A stretch of DNA of 64,000 nucleotides from Botryllus schlosseri (taxonomy: Eukaryota): contig CM119371.1 in NCBI GenBank assembly GCA_051294905.1, forward strand, positions 37,264,001 to 37,328,000, read 5' to 3'. This document shows, in pieces, positions 1-14,189 of this stretch. Position 1 is the stretch's first letter. Each line of letters begins with the position of its first letter. Both the position numbers and the translations under genes were made by a program. Below the pieces are notes generated by a model. It was not told the origin of the DNA and did not search any database. It was given only the letters and a program-made list of their open reading frames with translations.

Positions 1-181
1 GCGTAGGCGCTTACTTTTTTTGGCTTTGGAGTTTATAAAGACATTAGACACACAAAGTAAATAGACCTTTTCCGAGTACTCAAGTAGGTTTTATCTACTC
101 GTCCTGGTAACTCAATTTGTTCGGTTGAAAGCACTTCCAATTCTGCTTGACAGTTTTTATGAAAAGCTACCTACTTTTACC

Positions 182-537
182 TGAGATTACCATGTACGTC
201 CTCCTTCAGGAGGATTTGTCCTCCTTTTCAAGGAAATTCCTCTTTTTCGACAATTTGTCCTCTTTTTACCTAAAAATAACAAAAAAGAACACGAATTACG
301 CGAAATGTTGGCCGAATGGAGGAGGAACGGGTAGTTCGGGCGGACTTACTTTATTTTTAGTCAACTCGGCTAATATGAGCTATAAACAGGTCTTTCGGGA
401 GGAGAGTCGAAAAAATAACTTTTTGTTAGTTGACTTTATCTTGATAAATTTGAAAGTCACCCGTTTTCTCGTCCGCTAAAATAACCTTTTCAACCTGTGA
501 AATCTTCCTTTACGGATCTCAGAATATGGTTACCCTA
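182..537. mobile_element. hAT-type MITE family A (GTCCTC-rich)
   Basis: Degenerate TAGGGTTACCA-type TIRs, TSD CTTTTACC / CTTTTAAC. Confidence 0.8.
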
Positions 538-1352
538 CTTTTAACACGTACTATTGTGCGAAGTAAAATCAAGTTCTGGGGTATGCTTCATAATTTTGAT
601 GAGTCGGGAAGATTTAAAAATTTGGTAAAAGACTAAAAATATACGGAGTCACGACCATATCTTTTGTTTCCTGCTTGCGCACCTTTAAAAAACCTAGTTT
701 TGACGTGCCATTTTCCAGTCAAAAAACAATGGTTTTGATTCAGATTTGCGCAGACAATTTGTGTCGATCATCTCATCATTATGAGATCATACATGATCTG
801 ATTCGGTAATAGTGAAGGTTGGTGTCTGTAACAATCGCGACTGCGGATGATCTCTCTAAGCGCACGAATCCGCGCAAAATTAACGGATCAATTCGACGAG
901 ACAATCCTCATGAGAGGGCGCGCGAATCGAGATATTGGAGATGTCATGGCCACGCGCGAAATTGAGCCGGAATTTCGATCCGCTTATGTGAGATAATGTT
1001 TCGTAACAATGCGGACCGACTTTTGATTGTTGTATTAATTTCATAACATATTCTATTTGAATAAACTCATACTGAGACTCCAGACGATGATTTTACCAGA
1101 TTTGGATATGGATTTATGATTTTTGTAGTACTGGACTTACATTGGGATTTTACTCCTGCAGAAGTAAAAGTAACGCGTGATTGTATACTCACGTACAAGT
1201 ACATGTAAAAGTTTCCGAGACATCTTCAAAACTGCTACAAGCTCAAGTTGAAAAGTAAAGTTTTTAAAAGTGCTTTCTACTCTTTCAGAATCCAAAGCGT
1301 AAAAAGTTTGGCGTGTCTTGTTGACATCACCACTCTGATACAACAACATCAA

Positions 1353-1587
1353 GTTCGGCTTATATCAAATTATACTTCATCCTCATAAGCACGAGAATGG
1401 CAAATGTATGTACAGTTTGTACACCACGCTTGGCTCGTTCCGCGCTATACAATTCTGTAGCATTTTGAGAAAAACCAGAAAACAGATTATAATTGTAATT
1501 AGATTATAGAAACATTTCAAAAAATTCGATTACCATATTCTCTAATTAGTCAAATTGACAGTTAGATTTATTTAGTTGCCCAAGTCA
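1353..1587 (+). repeat. Dispersed repeat family C (unclassified)
   Basis: CGCGCTATACAATTCTGTAGCATTTT...AATTAGATT also seen at about 5380-5580, 21690-21918, 25700-25840 (-) and 43375-43540. Confidence 0.7.
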
Positions 1588-2381
1588 AGCAGAAGGGCTA
1601 GCACCGAATGTAATATTGATGTTACTTTTGAACAAGTTTCCGTCATTACCGGAATTTGATCAGAATCTAAAGTGCGTAACACCATTTAGATTCAAAAATA
1701 TGACATCCGCGCATCTGTGGCAGGAACGAGTCATCGTAAACGACCGGAGACTCCGGATTGCGGCTGAAACCGGAACCAGCAGTCTAGGATTGGCGACCGC
1801 GACATTGTAAACAAACACGAGCGGTACGTTGCGGTTTAGGCGCGCCTCAAACAAGACCAAATTATTTCTTTCATGTATCGACAACGGGTCGTTTGAATCT
1901 AATGTCGCGCGTCAAACAATACCGCCGATACTGGCATTGTCTTTGTGACAGCATAATGGATCTATCTCTCTTTGATGTGATGTGTGTCGAACAATTTTGT
2001 AGCGAAGGGCGAGTTCGTGGGATTTTCTAGAGACATTGTAGAGTTATGATTCATTTTACCGAAATGCGACAATAAATCTACTTTTCTTTCAAAATTCTAT
2101 TTTGCAAAGTGTGACTAACAATTTTTTCGCCATTTTTTCGTGAGTTCGTAGAATTTTCGCCGCGTTTTTTACAGCGATTGTAGACTGGCTTTTCATTCAA
2201 AATTACGTTTTTAAAATTCCACCGTCAAGGAAGACAAGCTGACTTTACTCAAGTTATGCGGTCGCCTACGTCTATTTAACAGAATTTCACACAATACTAC
2301 TTGCGGCCTAGACCGTGATGTAGAAGGTAGTTAGGGGATTGGTTTGCTACGCTTCTATCTCCACTGACTTACTACAAAAAG

Positions 2382-2729
2382 TAGGATAACCATGTATGTC
2401 TGCTTTTTTAAAGAAGTCGAAAGTGTCCTCGGAGGTCGCTCAAATGTCCTATTTTTTTGGAATTTGTCCTCTATTTAAAGAAAAAGTGGTAAAATACTTG
2501 CAAAAATGGGACTCCGGCGTACTGAACGGCAGGGTTGACTGAAAAAGAAACGAAAAATACGGCCCGACGGGTATTTCGTGAACGAGATCGATAAAATGAC
2601 CTTTTTTTTCAGTCAACCCAATACTACTCGAAATAATTTCCAAATCTCCCGTTTTGCCCTCCGGTATTATAGCTTTCATAATTTTAGAAAAGTGTCTCCT
2701 TTTTCATTTCTCAAAATATTGTAAACCTA
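2382..2729. mobile_element. hAT-type MITE family A
   Basis: TAGGATAACCAT...TTGTAAACCTA, TSD ACAAAAAG / ACTAAAAG. Confidence 0.8.
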
Positions 2730-3469
2730 ACTAAAAGATCTAACACATCGGGTCAAATATGCTGTTCTCTTGGTGCTTGAAGCAGTTTGACATGCATTGG
2801 AGATAAGTCACGTCCACTTGCACTCGGATGTAAAATTATGACGTCATGTCTACTTTCTAGCAATGCTGACTATTACAGTGACCAAATCTTCTTAAATTTC
2901 TATTAATTTTTACCATTAGAAATGAGTAACATCATAGTATCAATTTTCCGAAATAGTCCCTGTGTCTTGTTGGCAGAAAATATATAATATAAATATATAT
3001 GGATATATTACCGATTACTTTTCATAATATTCATAGTTCGGATGTGTTTTGGAAATCGAGGCCTCTGCTTGTACTAGAGAAGGTGTTTACGATGTTACCT
3101 CTTATGTTGTAAGTATAAATAATTTTTGTGTACAATTGAATGTTAAATTGATATTGGAATAAACCCAAATATTTTCGGTCGACACTCGTCATGGGTAATC
3201 GTCAACCACTAACCGAATATTCAAAAGAACATTATATATCAATATTCACATCAAATATTGACGTCAGAGCAGGCTTGTAATGACTCAAGTCATGACTCGA
3301 CTCGAGCGGCAATTTGTCGTTGGTTCGACTTGTCTTCAATCACGTTCCTAAAAAAAGATAATGACTCTACTCGACTCTAGTCAATTTCCGTATTGACTCG
3401 ACTTGTACTCGTGATATTACGCATGACTCGAACCAAGTCATTTGGCTCGAGACTCGGAGAACCAAAGTT

Positions 3470-3827
3470 GATCATCATCATCATTGGTTTATTAGCAATT
3501 TTATGAGTTTAATACACCACAAAAAATGCGATACAATGAAAAGACAGGAAGATGTCGAAGCGACAAGGAGTAGTCTATGGAATCTGACACCCACCTTGGC
3601 CTAGGCGATGTAAAGAGGAGGCATGCACACTGAATGAAAGTAAAGAAGATAGTATAGAAAAAGAATGCGACAAGAAATAGGGCGGCATGTCATGGGAATT
3701 TAAGACATTTCGTTGTAACTTCGAAGGATAGTTAGCTACCACATTATTGGTATTTCGTCTATCAGTACTGGCTACTGGTATTTGTAAAATAGGACCAGGA
3801 GCTCTGTAAAATGAGAAAGATTACTAC
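3470..3827 (-). mobile_element. Probable decayed 3' end of a LINE (L2/CR1-like)
   Basis: On - ends in a poly(A)-signal-like sequence plus (ATG)n tail, with a weak SFYRAP-like remnant upstream. Family assignment is tentative. Confidence 0.4.
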
Positions 3828-3838
3828 GTGGTGAATTG

Positions 3839-4379
3839 TTGTTGTTGTTCGATATTCATGGTGTTTCGACTACATTGGTCATTTTATACCAGGCCGTTAT
3901 TCTTTTTGTGATTCCATATTTACCTACTTGTAGCACGGACCACTTCTAGGCTTTTTTCAAAGACACCGCTTACGCGGAACACGTGGCGAGGAGGAGCCTG
4001 GATATACTTCCAATACTTAGGTAGGAGTTCTGGAGACGACCTCGGTCAGACTCGAACCCGCAACCCATTGGTGTCGCAGGTGTGGAACGTACCACCAGAG
4101 GTGGTCAGTAACGAAGTACTTCTACTTTTTGAAGTACTTGAAGTAGATTTTGCCTACTCGCACTACTTGATAAGTAATTATGATTTTAGATTACTTCTAC
4201 TTGACAGTTTTCAGTTTTTTAGGCAAAATATGAGTAAAATACTTACTTACTTACTAACTTGTGAGCCGCCTCTCCTACTTCCACTCGAGTAGAAATTCCG
4301 GCGTTACTTCTACTTCTATTTGTGCAGCGACGGTGACTACTTTGAGCACCTCTGCATACCACTACGCTATCTCGCGACG
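3839..4379 (-). mobile_element. tRNA-derived SINE (family 1), interrupted by a MITE
   Basis: On -: A box TAGCGTAGTGG, B box GGTTCGAGTC (about 4049-4058), (CAA)n tail, flanking GTGGTGAATTG / GCGGTGAACTG. Body aligns to 17394-17680. Confidence 0.85.
4096..4354. mobile_element. hAT-type MITE (CTACTT-rich) inserted in the SINE head
   Basis: TIR CAGAGGTGGTCA / TGAGCACCTCTG, TSD CGTACCAC / CATACCAC. A relative starts near 11932. Confidence 0.88.
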
Positions 4380-6053
4380 GCGGTGAACTGAAAATGACTC
4401 GACTTGACTCGAGTCAAAGCTATAAAAGTATAATTACCTTTTGAATTGGTTACAACCCTGCGTCAAAGGTATACAAAAGAGAATAATCGAGGGGAGCCTT
4501 CGGGTTTACTTCAATGTAAATATATCACTCACTTGTGTATTATAGTACAAAAATTGCGACCTCTAAATCAAAGACCAATCGCGCGATATAGCAAAGCTGT
4601 CAAACGTGGCAGGTAAGATCTATGTAGCGGTTGGAAACTTGAGCACGTTCGGCCGAATTCTGCGTTTGTGAATTGGCATCGATAAAATAAATCTCGACAG
4701 CTCGCAGATAACGGTGTTTACTGTTCGTTGTCTGGCATTGTTCGGGAATATTTGAGTGTTTGTGAGTTATTGGAACTTTCTGGGGGATCGAGATTCTTCT
4801 CTATAATGCCAGAGCATATTTTTGTTTGTAACATTGTTTTCGTGATGCCATAGCGTATTTTTGCGTTGCGATCCTGCTTGTAGTGCGGCCAACACCAAAG
4901 GGCCAAGTCATTTAACACAAAAGGAGCGGCTTATTATCGCTCATACCATCTCACGCGTCGCAATGTAGCAATTGTAGCAATTTTGAATCTGCGTATAGTT
5001 TGGAAGAAACATTTATTTGCGGAAGCCATTCTCGCTGTGTGGTCTTAATCTGCATTGTTCGCCGATAAATTTCAGGGATTCCCGCTACTGCACGTTTTGT
5101 GTTGTATATACCCGTGATTTATCAAATGTGAAGATATAGTGCTGTGATTGCGATTTTTTAAACGACGATTCTACAACAGTTGACATAGTATCGCGATGAG
5201 ATTGCTTCAATTTTATGTGTGAAATCGTCGTTAGAACATTTACCGCGTGAAATAACTCCCGCATCACAGTTGGACAACCGAAAAACTTTCCTTTTTTCCA
5301 AACTAGGTTGAAATTTAAACATCCAAATTCGCAAAAACTCGGAAATCGAATTCAATTCCTGATCAGAAAGAAATCAAAATCAGTTTATATCAAACAGAGT
5401 TAATTCTCATAAACATGACAATTCCGAATGTCTGAACACCAAGTGTGGTTCGTTTCGCGCTATACAGTTCTTTCGTAACATTTTCTGGATAACCAGAAAT
5501 TAGATTATAATCAAAATAAGAGCATAGAAACATTTCACAAATTGGATTAAAATTAGATTCGTCTTATTAGTTTAATCTGAAATTTTACCCTGTATCACGG
5601 TAACTGAATCTATTTCCGAAAATCGGTAGGCTACTTATTTGTAGTGTCATCAGCCATTTTGCGTTATATTACTTTCATAAAATAATTGAGTACTTTGACT
5701 AGTTTGGATACGTCTTCGAAATAGCTTTAATTGATTGGAAATTCACGGTGTCACTTCTACTTGAGTGGCTACGATGATTACGTTGACCGACTAAGTTATT
5801 TCGTAACAAACCTGCTCTTGTAGCTTATTTTTTCCGAATTTATTAATTCTAATTCGATATAATTTGGACACAACTGTGTAACTGTCATTTTGATTGTAAT
5901 CTAATTCGATAAAGCTGATAATTTTATACCTTTCCAACTCAGGCTGCGTCCGTGATTTGTCAAATGAGATGATGGTGCTTTGTCGGCTATTTTTGAAAAG
6001 AATATTCCACAAATTCGAGTCACTAAAGCAATAGTCGTTTCACTTAATGTAGA

Positions 6054-6744
6054 CACGGCCGAAATAGTACTTAGCCACGCCTCCCCTCAAACGATGGTCT
6101 TGGGCCTGCCATATGATAATAATCAAACTTGGGCCCCCTTCATGACGGGCGTTTTAGCCTCTAGCTAAAAAGCACGTTTTACTGTTACAGGGAGCATGTC
6201 TATGATGTTCCGTAGTCGCGCGAAGTGCGAGAAAATTTCATACTGAGGGTTGAATTATGTCTATAATACTGGTGATTGCATATATTGCTGATAATGTTTC
6301 ATCGTCTCCCAGTCCACGTGATTAGATTGACTGGTAGAGCTGATGGAGGGGAACAATTGGCTGTAGGCTATAAATATTGATGGTTTCGGCCAACATACGG
6401 ATGTATTTTTCGGCCAAGGCTTTTTTTGGTAACACACTTCACGAAGTCACATGTTGGCCGAAACTCTAGGAGTCTTTTTGTGTCGTGAAAAGGCAATGGC
6501 CGGCTCCGAAATGCCTATTTGTTTACATGAACGATATGCTTTTTGTTGGGGTCCTGCAGCTACCCATATCAAAAAGCAGACATTTATCGCGCGAAGCAAG
6601 CGCTAAGAAAAATTTTGATGTTGTACGAAATCTCCCACAAAATACTCTATAATTTATGTTGATTTGCGAAATAATTTTGGGCCCCCTTCGAGCTCGCCCC
6701 CCCGCCCCGATTGGGGGGTTTGGGATGCGTCAGTTACGGTCCTG
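6054..6744. mobile_element. Older relative of the 49362-50679 hAT element
   Basis: Right end nearly identical (ATAATTTTGGGCCCCCTTCGAGCTCGCCCCCCC...GTTACGGTCCTG), left end degenerate. Another partial copy at about 46833-47000. Confidence 0.75.
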
Positions 6745-7414
6745 GATGCTTCCTCTATATACCCCGAGATCAAACAAGTGTTCCCAATGACACCGATAAA
6801 TGTTTCCCATGAACATGTCGAAAAATTTATAACCGTCAAAATAAATTGCCTTTCGTATTGCGATTGGAGTTGTCGGTGCGGGATATTAAGGTTACGGGTG
6901 GGGGATATTAAGGCTGAGTCTTAGGGATATTAGGGTCGGAGGGGGTTAGGGTATCCCAAAGTTATGGGTTGTGGGTGAGGGATATCAGGGTTGTGGGTGA
7001 GAGGTATTGGGTTGTGGGTGAGGGATATTAGGGTTGTGGATGGGGGATATTAGGGCTGAAGGATGACAGATGTTCTGGTTGGGAGACGTTGGCGTTGGTT
7101 TGGGGATATTATCACCCCTGACCGTAATATCCTTCACGCCCAGCCCTAATGTCGCTAACTCCATCCCACCCAAACCCTAATATACGTCAGCCCCCAACCC
7201 TAATATCAGTCATTCCCCAACCCTAATAGTCGCCATTCTCCAAACCCTAATACCCATCATTCCCCAACCCTAATATCTGTAATCCCTCAACCACCCCCCA
7301 CCCGTACCGCTAATATCCTGCACCGACTAAACTAAATAATTTCTTTTGACTTGTGCATGGAAAACATTTATTGGTGTGACTTGTTTGATCTCGGGGGTAT
7401 ACCGACGAAGCGCC
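6745..7414. mobile_element. Foldback element whose arms contain GGGATATTAGGG / CCCTAATATC minisatellite units
   Basis: Imperfect inverted arms (TACCCCGAGATCAAACAAGT / ACTTGTTTGATCTCGGGGGTA), G-rich then C-rich arrays, flanking 8-mers CGGTCCTG / CGGTTCTG. Confidence 0.8.
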
Positions 7415-8272
7415 CGGTTCTGATTGTTCCTATGTTATGCTTTATACGGTGTTGATTACAAAGAGTATGGCGTCATGGCGAGGTCGTTCGAGGAACAAAA
7501 TCGAGAGAACACAGGAAGTTGGCGATTCGCCTTATTAATAATTGCTGGAACCGTTCACCATTTACCAGCTTTATTAAATCTAAATTGAAGGTTTTGTGCG
7601 TCATTCACCGGTTTGGGGAAATCTGATCCGTCAATCCAAAATGTACGCGTCAGGCGACCTTTTTGGGAAGATAAAATCAGCTTCACGAGACCTCCCGTCA
7701 AAGACGGGCTGTAGAGAGACTTTTCAAAGTACGCCGACTTGCAGACACTTAGTCGATTGGTTATGTTTTCAGATCACTGCCGTTTCTGCATCACAGATTT
7801 TAAAGCAAAACTGTGGTTGGAGTCAACTCGTTAAATCCATATCCAGAGATCAGTAATGCAGTAACCCAACTGTTTCCAATAAGTGCCTACTATCTCGTGG
7901 TTATGGTTTTAGACTGCTCCCACTCGTGGTTTACCAATTCTTTTAATCAAAACTACTTACTTACAAAAATAGAGGTAATGAAAATGTCATTCATGGTAAA
8001 TGTACCAAGGCGGTCAGCAATGGAGTACTTTTTGTCGAGAGCTCAAGAAGGATTTGCGTCCTTGGATTGATCACTCAAGTCGTAATTTTCTTGCGCTATT
8101 TTAATTCTTTCAGGCCAAACTGACTTTTTGACTGACTTGCCAAGAAATCGCGACCGTCACTTGTACCCAAGTAGGACTTTACGATATCGCTTTTATTTGA
8201 GTACCAAGGATGACCACTTTGACCATCTCTGACAATAATACAGACTTGCGTTTTTTCTACTTCCCTATTTAC

Positions 8273-8704
8273 TACGGTTGGTTACCATATGCCCTCCTTC
8301 AGAAGGATTTGTCCTCCTTTCTCAGGAAATCGAAAATTTCCTCAGAGGACGTTTAAGTGTCTTCTTTTTTGGGAATTCGCCCTCCTTTATAGCTGTGAAA
8401 GCCGGTCTAATGGACAGGCACAATTGAAAAAAACATAAATAACGCGAAATCTATAATGTGTGTATGTTCGAGTTCGGCAGCAGGACTGAAAAAGATGACC
8501 TTTTTTCTTTCTAGTCAACGCCACAGCAGTACTATTATAGAGTGGGTTATTCGGGAGTCGAGTCGGAAAAATAAACTTTTTTTAGTCAACAGAACAGGAT
8601 TTCCCGTAAAATTTCAGATCCAGCAGTTTTCTAGTCCGGTAATCTAACTTCTGTGATTTGTAAAAAGTGTCGTCTTTTCCAGATCCCAAAATATGGCAAC
8701 CCTA
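8273..8704. mobile_element. hAT-type MITE family A
   Basis: Right end ATATGGCAACCCTA, TSD CTATTTAC / TTATTTAC. Confidence 0.8.
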
Positions 8705-11300
8705 TTATTTACACATTTCAGACTACTTGCGATTATCATTCAAGCTTTTTATTCTTGTATGGAGAACTGCACTTATAATGCTTACTAATTTATTTGCATA
8801 AACATTTTTACATGTACCTTTAATTAGGTATAAAATTGCGAATAACTTCTACTTGTATTATATTACCAACGAGGTCTACTTAGACTAAATATGCTTCCTA
8901 CGCGGATTTGAGCCCGAATTTGTTTATCTTTGTTGGTAGACGTCTAAACTTTGGAGGCCTATCTCTAAATGTAGAGTATTGAAATTTTAGCCAAAAAAGA
9001 GTCCCCGAAAGTTTCAATATTTATTTTTTCGAAATTATTTAATGGCCGCGACTTCCTAAATCTATTTATTGCCGGGAAACGAAACCTTACCAACGCGTTT
9101 CACACAAAGCGGCGAAATGTAGGTAGTTTTAGAATCGGGTATTTATTTAGTTAGAAGGGGTTATTTAGACAATCGGGGGATATGAAATCATGGCTATTCG
9201 GTCACAATCGCGTTTTGGAATCTTCGTGACCGGATTCGAAATCTTGGCGGGCTTCGTGTTTGTTGTTTCAAGATCCAAATCTGGGAAGTCAGGCCTGAAA
9301 TGAATCGAGTGATCGACGATTGGGCGTAGACTATACTCGCTGCATTTAAAAGCAGACCAGGATCGCCAAAAACACGAACTCAGTTATCTCTTTGATCAGT
9401 GCTTCTCAACTTTGGCAGCTCGTTGATTGGTGAACTTTCAAAAAACTCAAAATCAACCCAAAATGTAACAAATGTATGCAACTCTTAACCAAATATTGTA
9501 ATCTTCAATGTAATGAGAACTACGCTGCCTTTAGATATGACTCGTGTTTAGATTTGACATGTAACAAGTCCTAAAGACGTTTTAGGATACTTCGAAGCAG
9601 TTTTGATACAACACTTGCTGCATTGTTACGTGCGTCGAAAGTAGACTCTCGATGTAATGAGAAATTTTCTGCAATGGCTTTTTGATGTAACACGTGTTAC
9701 GAGAGGTTGTATCGAAGTTTCTGTGAGGTGAAGTCCTGTTAAAAAAAACCACCAACACAATTTTTATTGTTTCCTTTCTTTTTAATGATATGCGACATTT
9801 TCTGTTTGATTGACTATATTTTATTGTCAAACTTCGATATACTGCACAGTCGAAATGCAAAGAATCGCTTTTTAAAAGCTTTCGCATAGACTTAAACGAG
9901 TTGTAGGCTAGTTGTCATCAGTTTTCTTGAATACTTGCTGCAATTTGATCATATTTGGTGATATGATGGCTGACAAACAATGTTGTTTTCAATTCTCGGC
10001 TTGTTGCTGACGATCAACCTTGACGAGTTTCAGCTGAAAATATTCCGGTTGTTTCAACAGGAATATATTATTTACTTATATATTGAAGTTGTGTACCCCT
10101 AAGAGTCCTTTGCAGCATTATAGCCAGACCCGACCGATTAGTATCGGTTCGCTGATAACATCGAGGGATGTCTTGAAGGGAATATCGGTGTCTTGAGTGA
10201 TTATTGCAAGTGGGCAAACCTTACTTGAGTGCTTCGAAGAAGCACTTGGTTACTGGTCGCCAGATGCAACTTAAGCTGGATAGCATAATTTTAAATATCG
10301 GCTTAATGTATATCGGGTTATCAGTAGATGAGCTTCCTTATCGATATCGGCTCAGAAACTCGATATCGGTCATTCTCTAATTGTAAAGTAGGATAGTTTG
10401 AAAGTATAGACAATGGAATCTATATTACAACGCGATACAGAAAATTACGTTCCAAATTTAGAAGTGGTTTTAAATTTGAATCTTCGTTTATTTAATTAAC
10501 TAGCTTCAACTTCATTTGCAACCGAGATAGCAAATTGCAATATCTTTCACAGACCGGCATGCTAATTGACACGCGTGAAAACCACTGCATTCGACCGTTT
10601 TATTAAAAACCAGTAGGATTTTAGCAATTCGTTCAACCTTTCAAATATGTTCACCTCGAATCGCAAATGTGACGAATGATTTTCAGTGAAATACCCGGAA
10701 ATCAGAGTTAAATGCATTCCGCTGAGGCCTAATTGAAGTTTTTAAAGTTCCATTGCTCGACCACAATATTGTTGTAAGATCTGATCGTTCATAAATCGCG
10801 ATATATCGCACCGAAACAGATACTCTGCCTCACTCGGTACGTCAGATAACGTTAAAGAGCCACGTGCCCGAACCCCTGCCTGAAATGGCAATCGAACGAT
10901 TGTGTCGAAACAGATGTCTCTTTAGAACGCACGCTTCAGATCTTGATCGATTTTATCGGAAGCGCGAGTTCAGGGGAAGGTCGAAAATATTTTATCGCGC
11001 TTTTAATAATTTCATGGACGGCGGAAATTTCAACGTTAGAAACCTCAAACTGCTTGTTTGTTTTAGAGATCTCACGCTGTTTCTAAACTGGTTGGGCTTT
11101 CTTCTGATAGCGAATCATCTAAGAAGGTTAGCTTAGAGTTGTAGATGGATTTCGTACTGTATGGAAAGTACTTTTGTGATGAGTTTGCATCACCTTAAAT
11201 TGCGCTAGTTAAGTCGCGATTACAACTTGGTTAAATATCCCCCGTCTAATGGTAACTGAAAATATTTTCGAAAACTGCACTTAATTGTAGTGACATAAGC

Positions 11301-11611
11301 TAGGGTTGCCATGCGTCCTCATTCAAGAAGATTTGTCCTTCTTTTTCAAGAAATCGGAAATGTCCTCGGAGGACGCCCAAACATTTGACAATTCGTCCTC
11401 ATTTATAGCTTTGACAGCCCAGTGATGGCACAAATATAACTAAAACAGGATATCGACGCAGCGCCGTCAAAAACAGACGTCTTCCGGAAGTAGATTTAAA
11501 GAAATGACCTTTTTCATTTTTTACTCAACACAAGAGTATGTATGTAATTTTCAAACTACCCGTTTCTCGTCCGATTTTATAAGTTTTGCTATTTGTAAAG
11601 AGTGTCCTCTT
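11301..11611. mobile_element. hAT-type MITE family A, right end truncated
   Basis: TAGGGTTGCCATGCGTCCTC start, same internal motifs. Confidence 0.75.
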
Positions 11612-13230
11612 TGTAACTTCTACTTTTTATTCAGTAGAAATCGACTCTGGCTACCCCCTGTTACGTGCTCACGTGCATATCTCAGCCAAACTAATTTGTA
11701 CTCAAGTGTCTCTTCGCTATTGTGTGAGTTAATCGACATCGCTGGTGATTTTAGTCTGAAGGGCCTTCAACAACGCAACACAAAAGGCTTCATTCACGTT
11801 CGACACTCGAAGATTCTAGTTTAATCTTGTAGCATCACACTGAGAAAGAGATTCGCTGCTGCAACGCTGAAATCGGGACGTTTCTAAATTGACGCGCGTC
11901 GTTGGGGACTGAGTAATCACGGGGATGCTCCCAGAGGTAGCCAGTAACGATGTACTCTACTTCTACTTCAAGCAAATTTTACCTACTTGCACTACTTTAT
12001 CAAGCGCGATGTTTTTAGGCTACTTCAATTTCTACTTCGGTTTTCAGTTTTCAATTGCATAAAACACTGTTGTTGGAATAAACCAGTCAATTTTCGGCTG
12101 ACACACTTCAACGGTAATCGTCAGCAACTAGTAGGTAATTCGAAAGTACTTCAAAAGATAAAAGTTGACGTCAAAGTTCATAAATGGAAATTTTTTATCA
12201 AAATACGCAAATCAAGTTTGTTTCAACAAAAGGAGCTCGAGCATCATCTAGATCTGTTCGACTCAATTATTAGAAATTTCATGCCTGTAACTCGGGTTGC
12301 ATTTAAAACAAACATATGTTTAAAACATGGACCTTGTTTAAAACATGTTTTTTTGTTCGTTTTTTTAGCCATGACGTCAAGAATCCTTAAATGTGACGTC
12401 ACAGTGGATTGACATTGACAATTGAAAATAAAGAGTAAATATGGCTCCTTTGACGAGAAAGGCTTCCGACCACTGTTATAAACGGACCAAAAATATCTTA
12501 TGCCAGGACTACATCGTTATGCAGTATATTCACGGTCGGCGGTCATCCAACCATCTGGTAAACGAGCTTAATAAGTGATGGCTGCTGTGATATGGGGTGA
12601 TTGTGGTTCGAAATCGTAATCGATTACATTGAAAAAGAAATCAAAGTCATCTTAACAGAAAAGATTGTTTTACAGATACAGTCGATTTCGCTTCATTTAG
12701 ATACCTTGGTTCCGATCACTTTTGTTCGAATTAAGCAGAAAATCAATTTCACGACTCATGGTCACGCATAAAGGCAGATAACGTGTTAAGAATACTGCAC
12801 TGTTGCGTAATAAATGAATTGCACCAGCGCTGCATTGCAGTAGCCTAACTGGCACTGGTCGCATAGAACACACAAGAGTTATACCTTCACAATTGCATCT
12901 CAATAAAAGCTACTACGCAGATGGCACGGCCTTATACAACTTCATTTTCGATTGACACTCCATTGGACAGCACTGGACCAGTACAAAACGCCAATCTAGT
13001 TTTTTTACGGTCAACTGCCTGCTGGTTTTTTGAGTAGGTCTAGTTTTAGTTGCGGATTTTGAAAAGAGAGTGGTTCTATTGTTCCAGTTGTAAATTTTTA
13101 AAAGTGAGTAGTTTTATCAGTAATGATTTTATTGTGGATTGTTACTTCATGGGTCGTCATTGCTTCACTGCGATCACACATTTTATGTTAAAACGAACGA
13201 AGTACTGTTTATTGTGTTGTAACATAGTAA

Positions 13231-14189
13231 AAGGGATGGTGCGAACCTCTGAAAGGTTCAGGTTCGTGTGAACGCGAACCTTTTTGAAAGGTTCTGTGTG
13301 AACGCGAACGTGAACCTCATGACGTCACGTGACGTCATATTGCTAATTCCAGCCCTATCTTTTAATGAAGTGATAGCCTATATTAATTTGCACGATACCT
13401 GGCGATGACTCGCGCCACATAATGCCACGATGCTGAAGTACATATTGGCGTTTTAAACGTCGCTAAATGTATCAACTGAGTCAATCAAATGATATAATAA
13501 TCCCATAAAATAAATATCTTCCGACGCTTTGCCGACAATTTCGACGAGGACTTGCCTGGGAATATAAGCTTACATCTTAAAAGTCTAGGCCAGACCAGAC
13601 AATGCATTCGGCGTCTGATCATTGCTACATTCATATTGAGCAGAGTGTAAAACAGGTTTCTATACTTGCTACTGATATTACCCCGCAAGTTATACAGCTG
13701 TAGCCAACACCTCAATCACACGGATTTGGTTTTAATAATACAGTAAACCTGCTATATTTGTTACATCAGAAAACGATATCAATCTCGTTTATTGGTTGGA
13801 TAAGCATCATTTGCTGACCACATGTAGTGTATTTCGCTCGTGATGTTGTGTGATTGCGGGTCAATACCACAGCAGAGAGTCACTAAATATTCACAACCGG
13901 AAAGCTGGATATTTCGAGCAAACTTTTGTAACAATTAAAGCAAGTAAAATTTTTGAGATTGTCAAGGGGCGTGCTCGTTTTGTGTTGATTTTTTTTCAGC
14001 CAGCATCATGCATAGAGTTGAAATGCAATAAATTCGAACCAAAGATGTAATAGTGACGTGAAAATTGTATTATATGAAAAAGGTTCACAGTGCAGAACCT
14101 ACCAAGGTTCTGTTGTGAACGCGAACCTCTAAATTTCCGAGGTTCACACACAGAACGCGAACGTGAACCTCACGTTCACACCATCCCTA
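13231..14189. mobile_element. hAT-type non-autonomous element with GAACGCGAACGTGAACC repeats
   Basis: Ends AGGGATGGTG / CACCATCCCTA, flanking ATAGTAA on both sides, colinear with 56169-57160. Confidence 0.88.

Larger units (their letters stand above)
3270..4460. mobile_element. hAT-type GACTCG-rich MITE containing nested insertions
   Basis: TIR CAGGCTTGTAA / TTACAACCCTG, TSD CGTCAGAG / CGTCAAAG. Confidence 0.85.

Noticed and set aside
6890..7310. Interstitial telomere or head-to-head chromosome fusion
   Set aside because: Units are about 20 bp rather than pure TTAGGG and are enclosed by unique inverted arms with an 8-bp duplication.
11236..11270. Possible seventh hammerhead-repeat copy
   Set aside because: Only GAAAATATT and a C-run remain and the CUGANGA box is absent.
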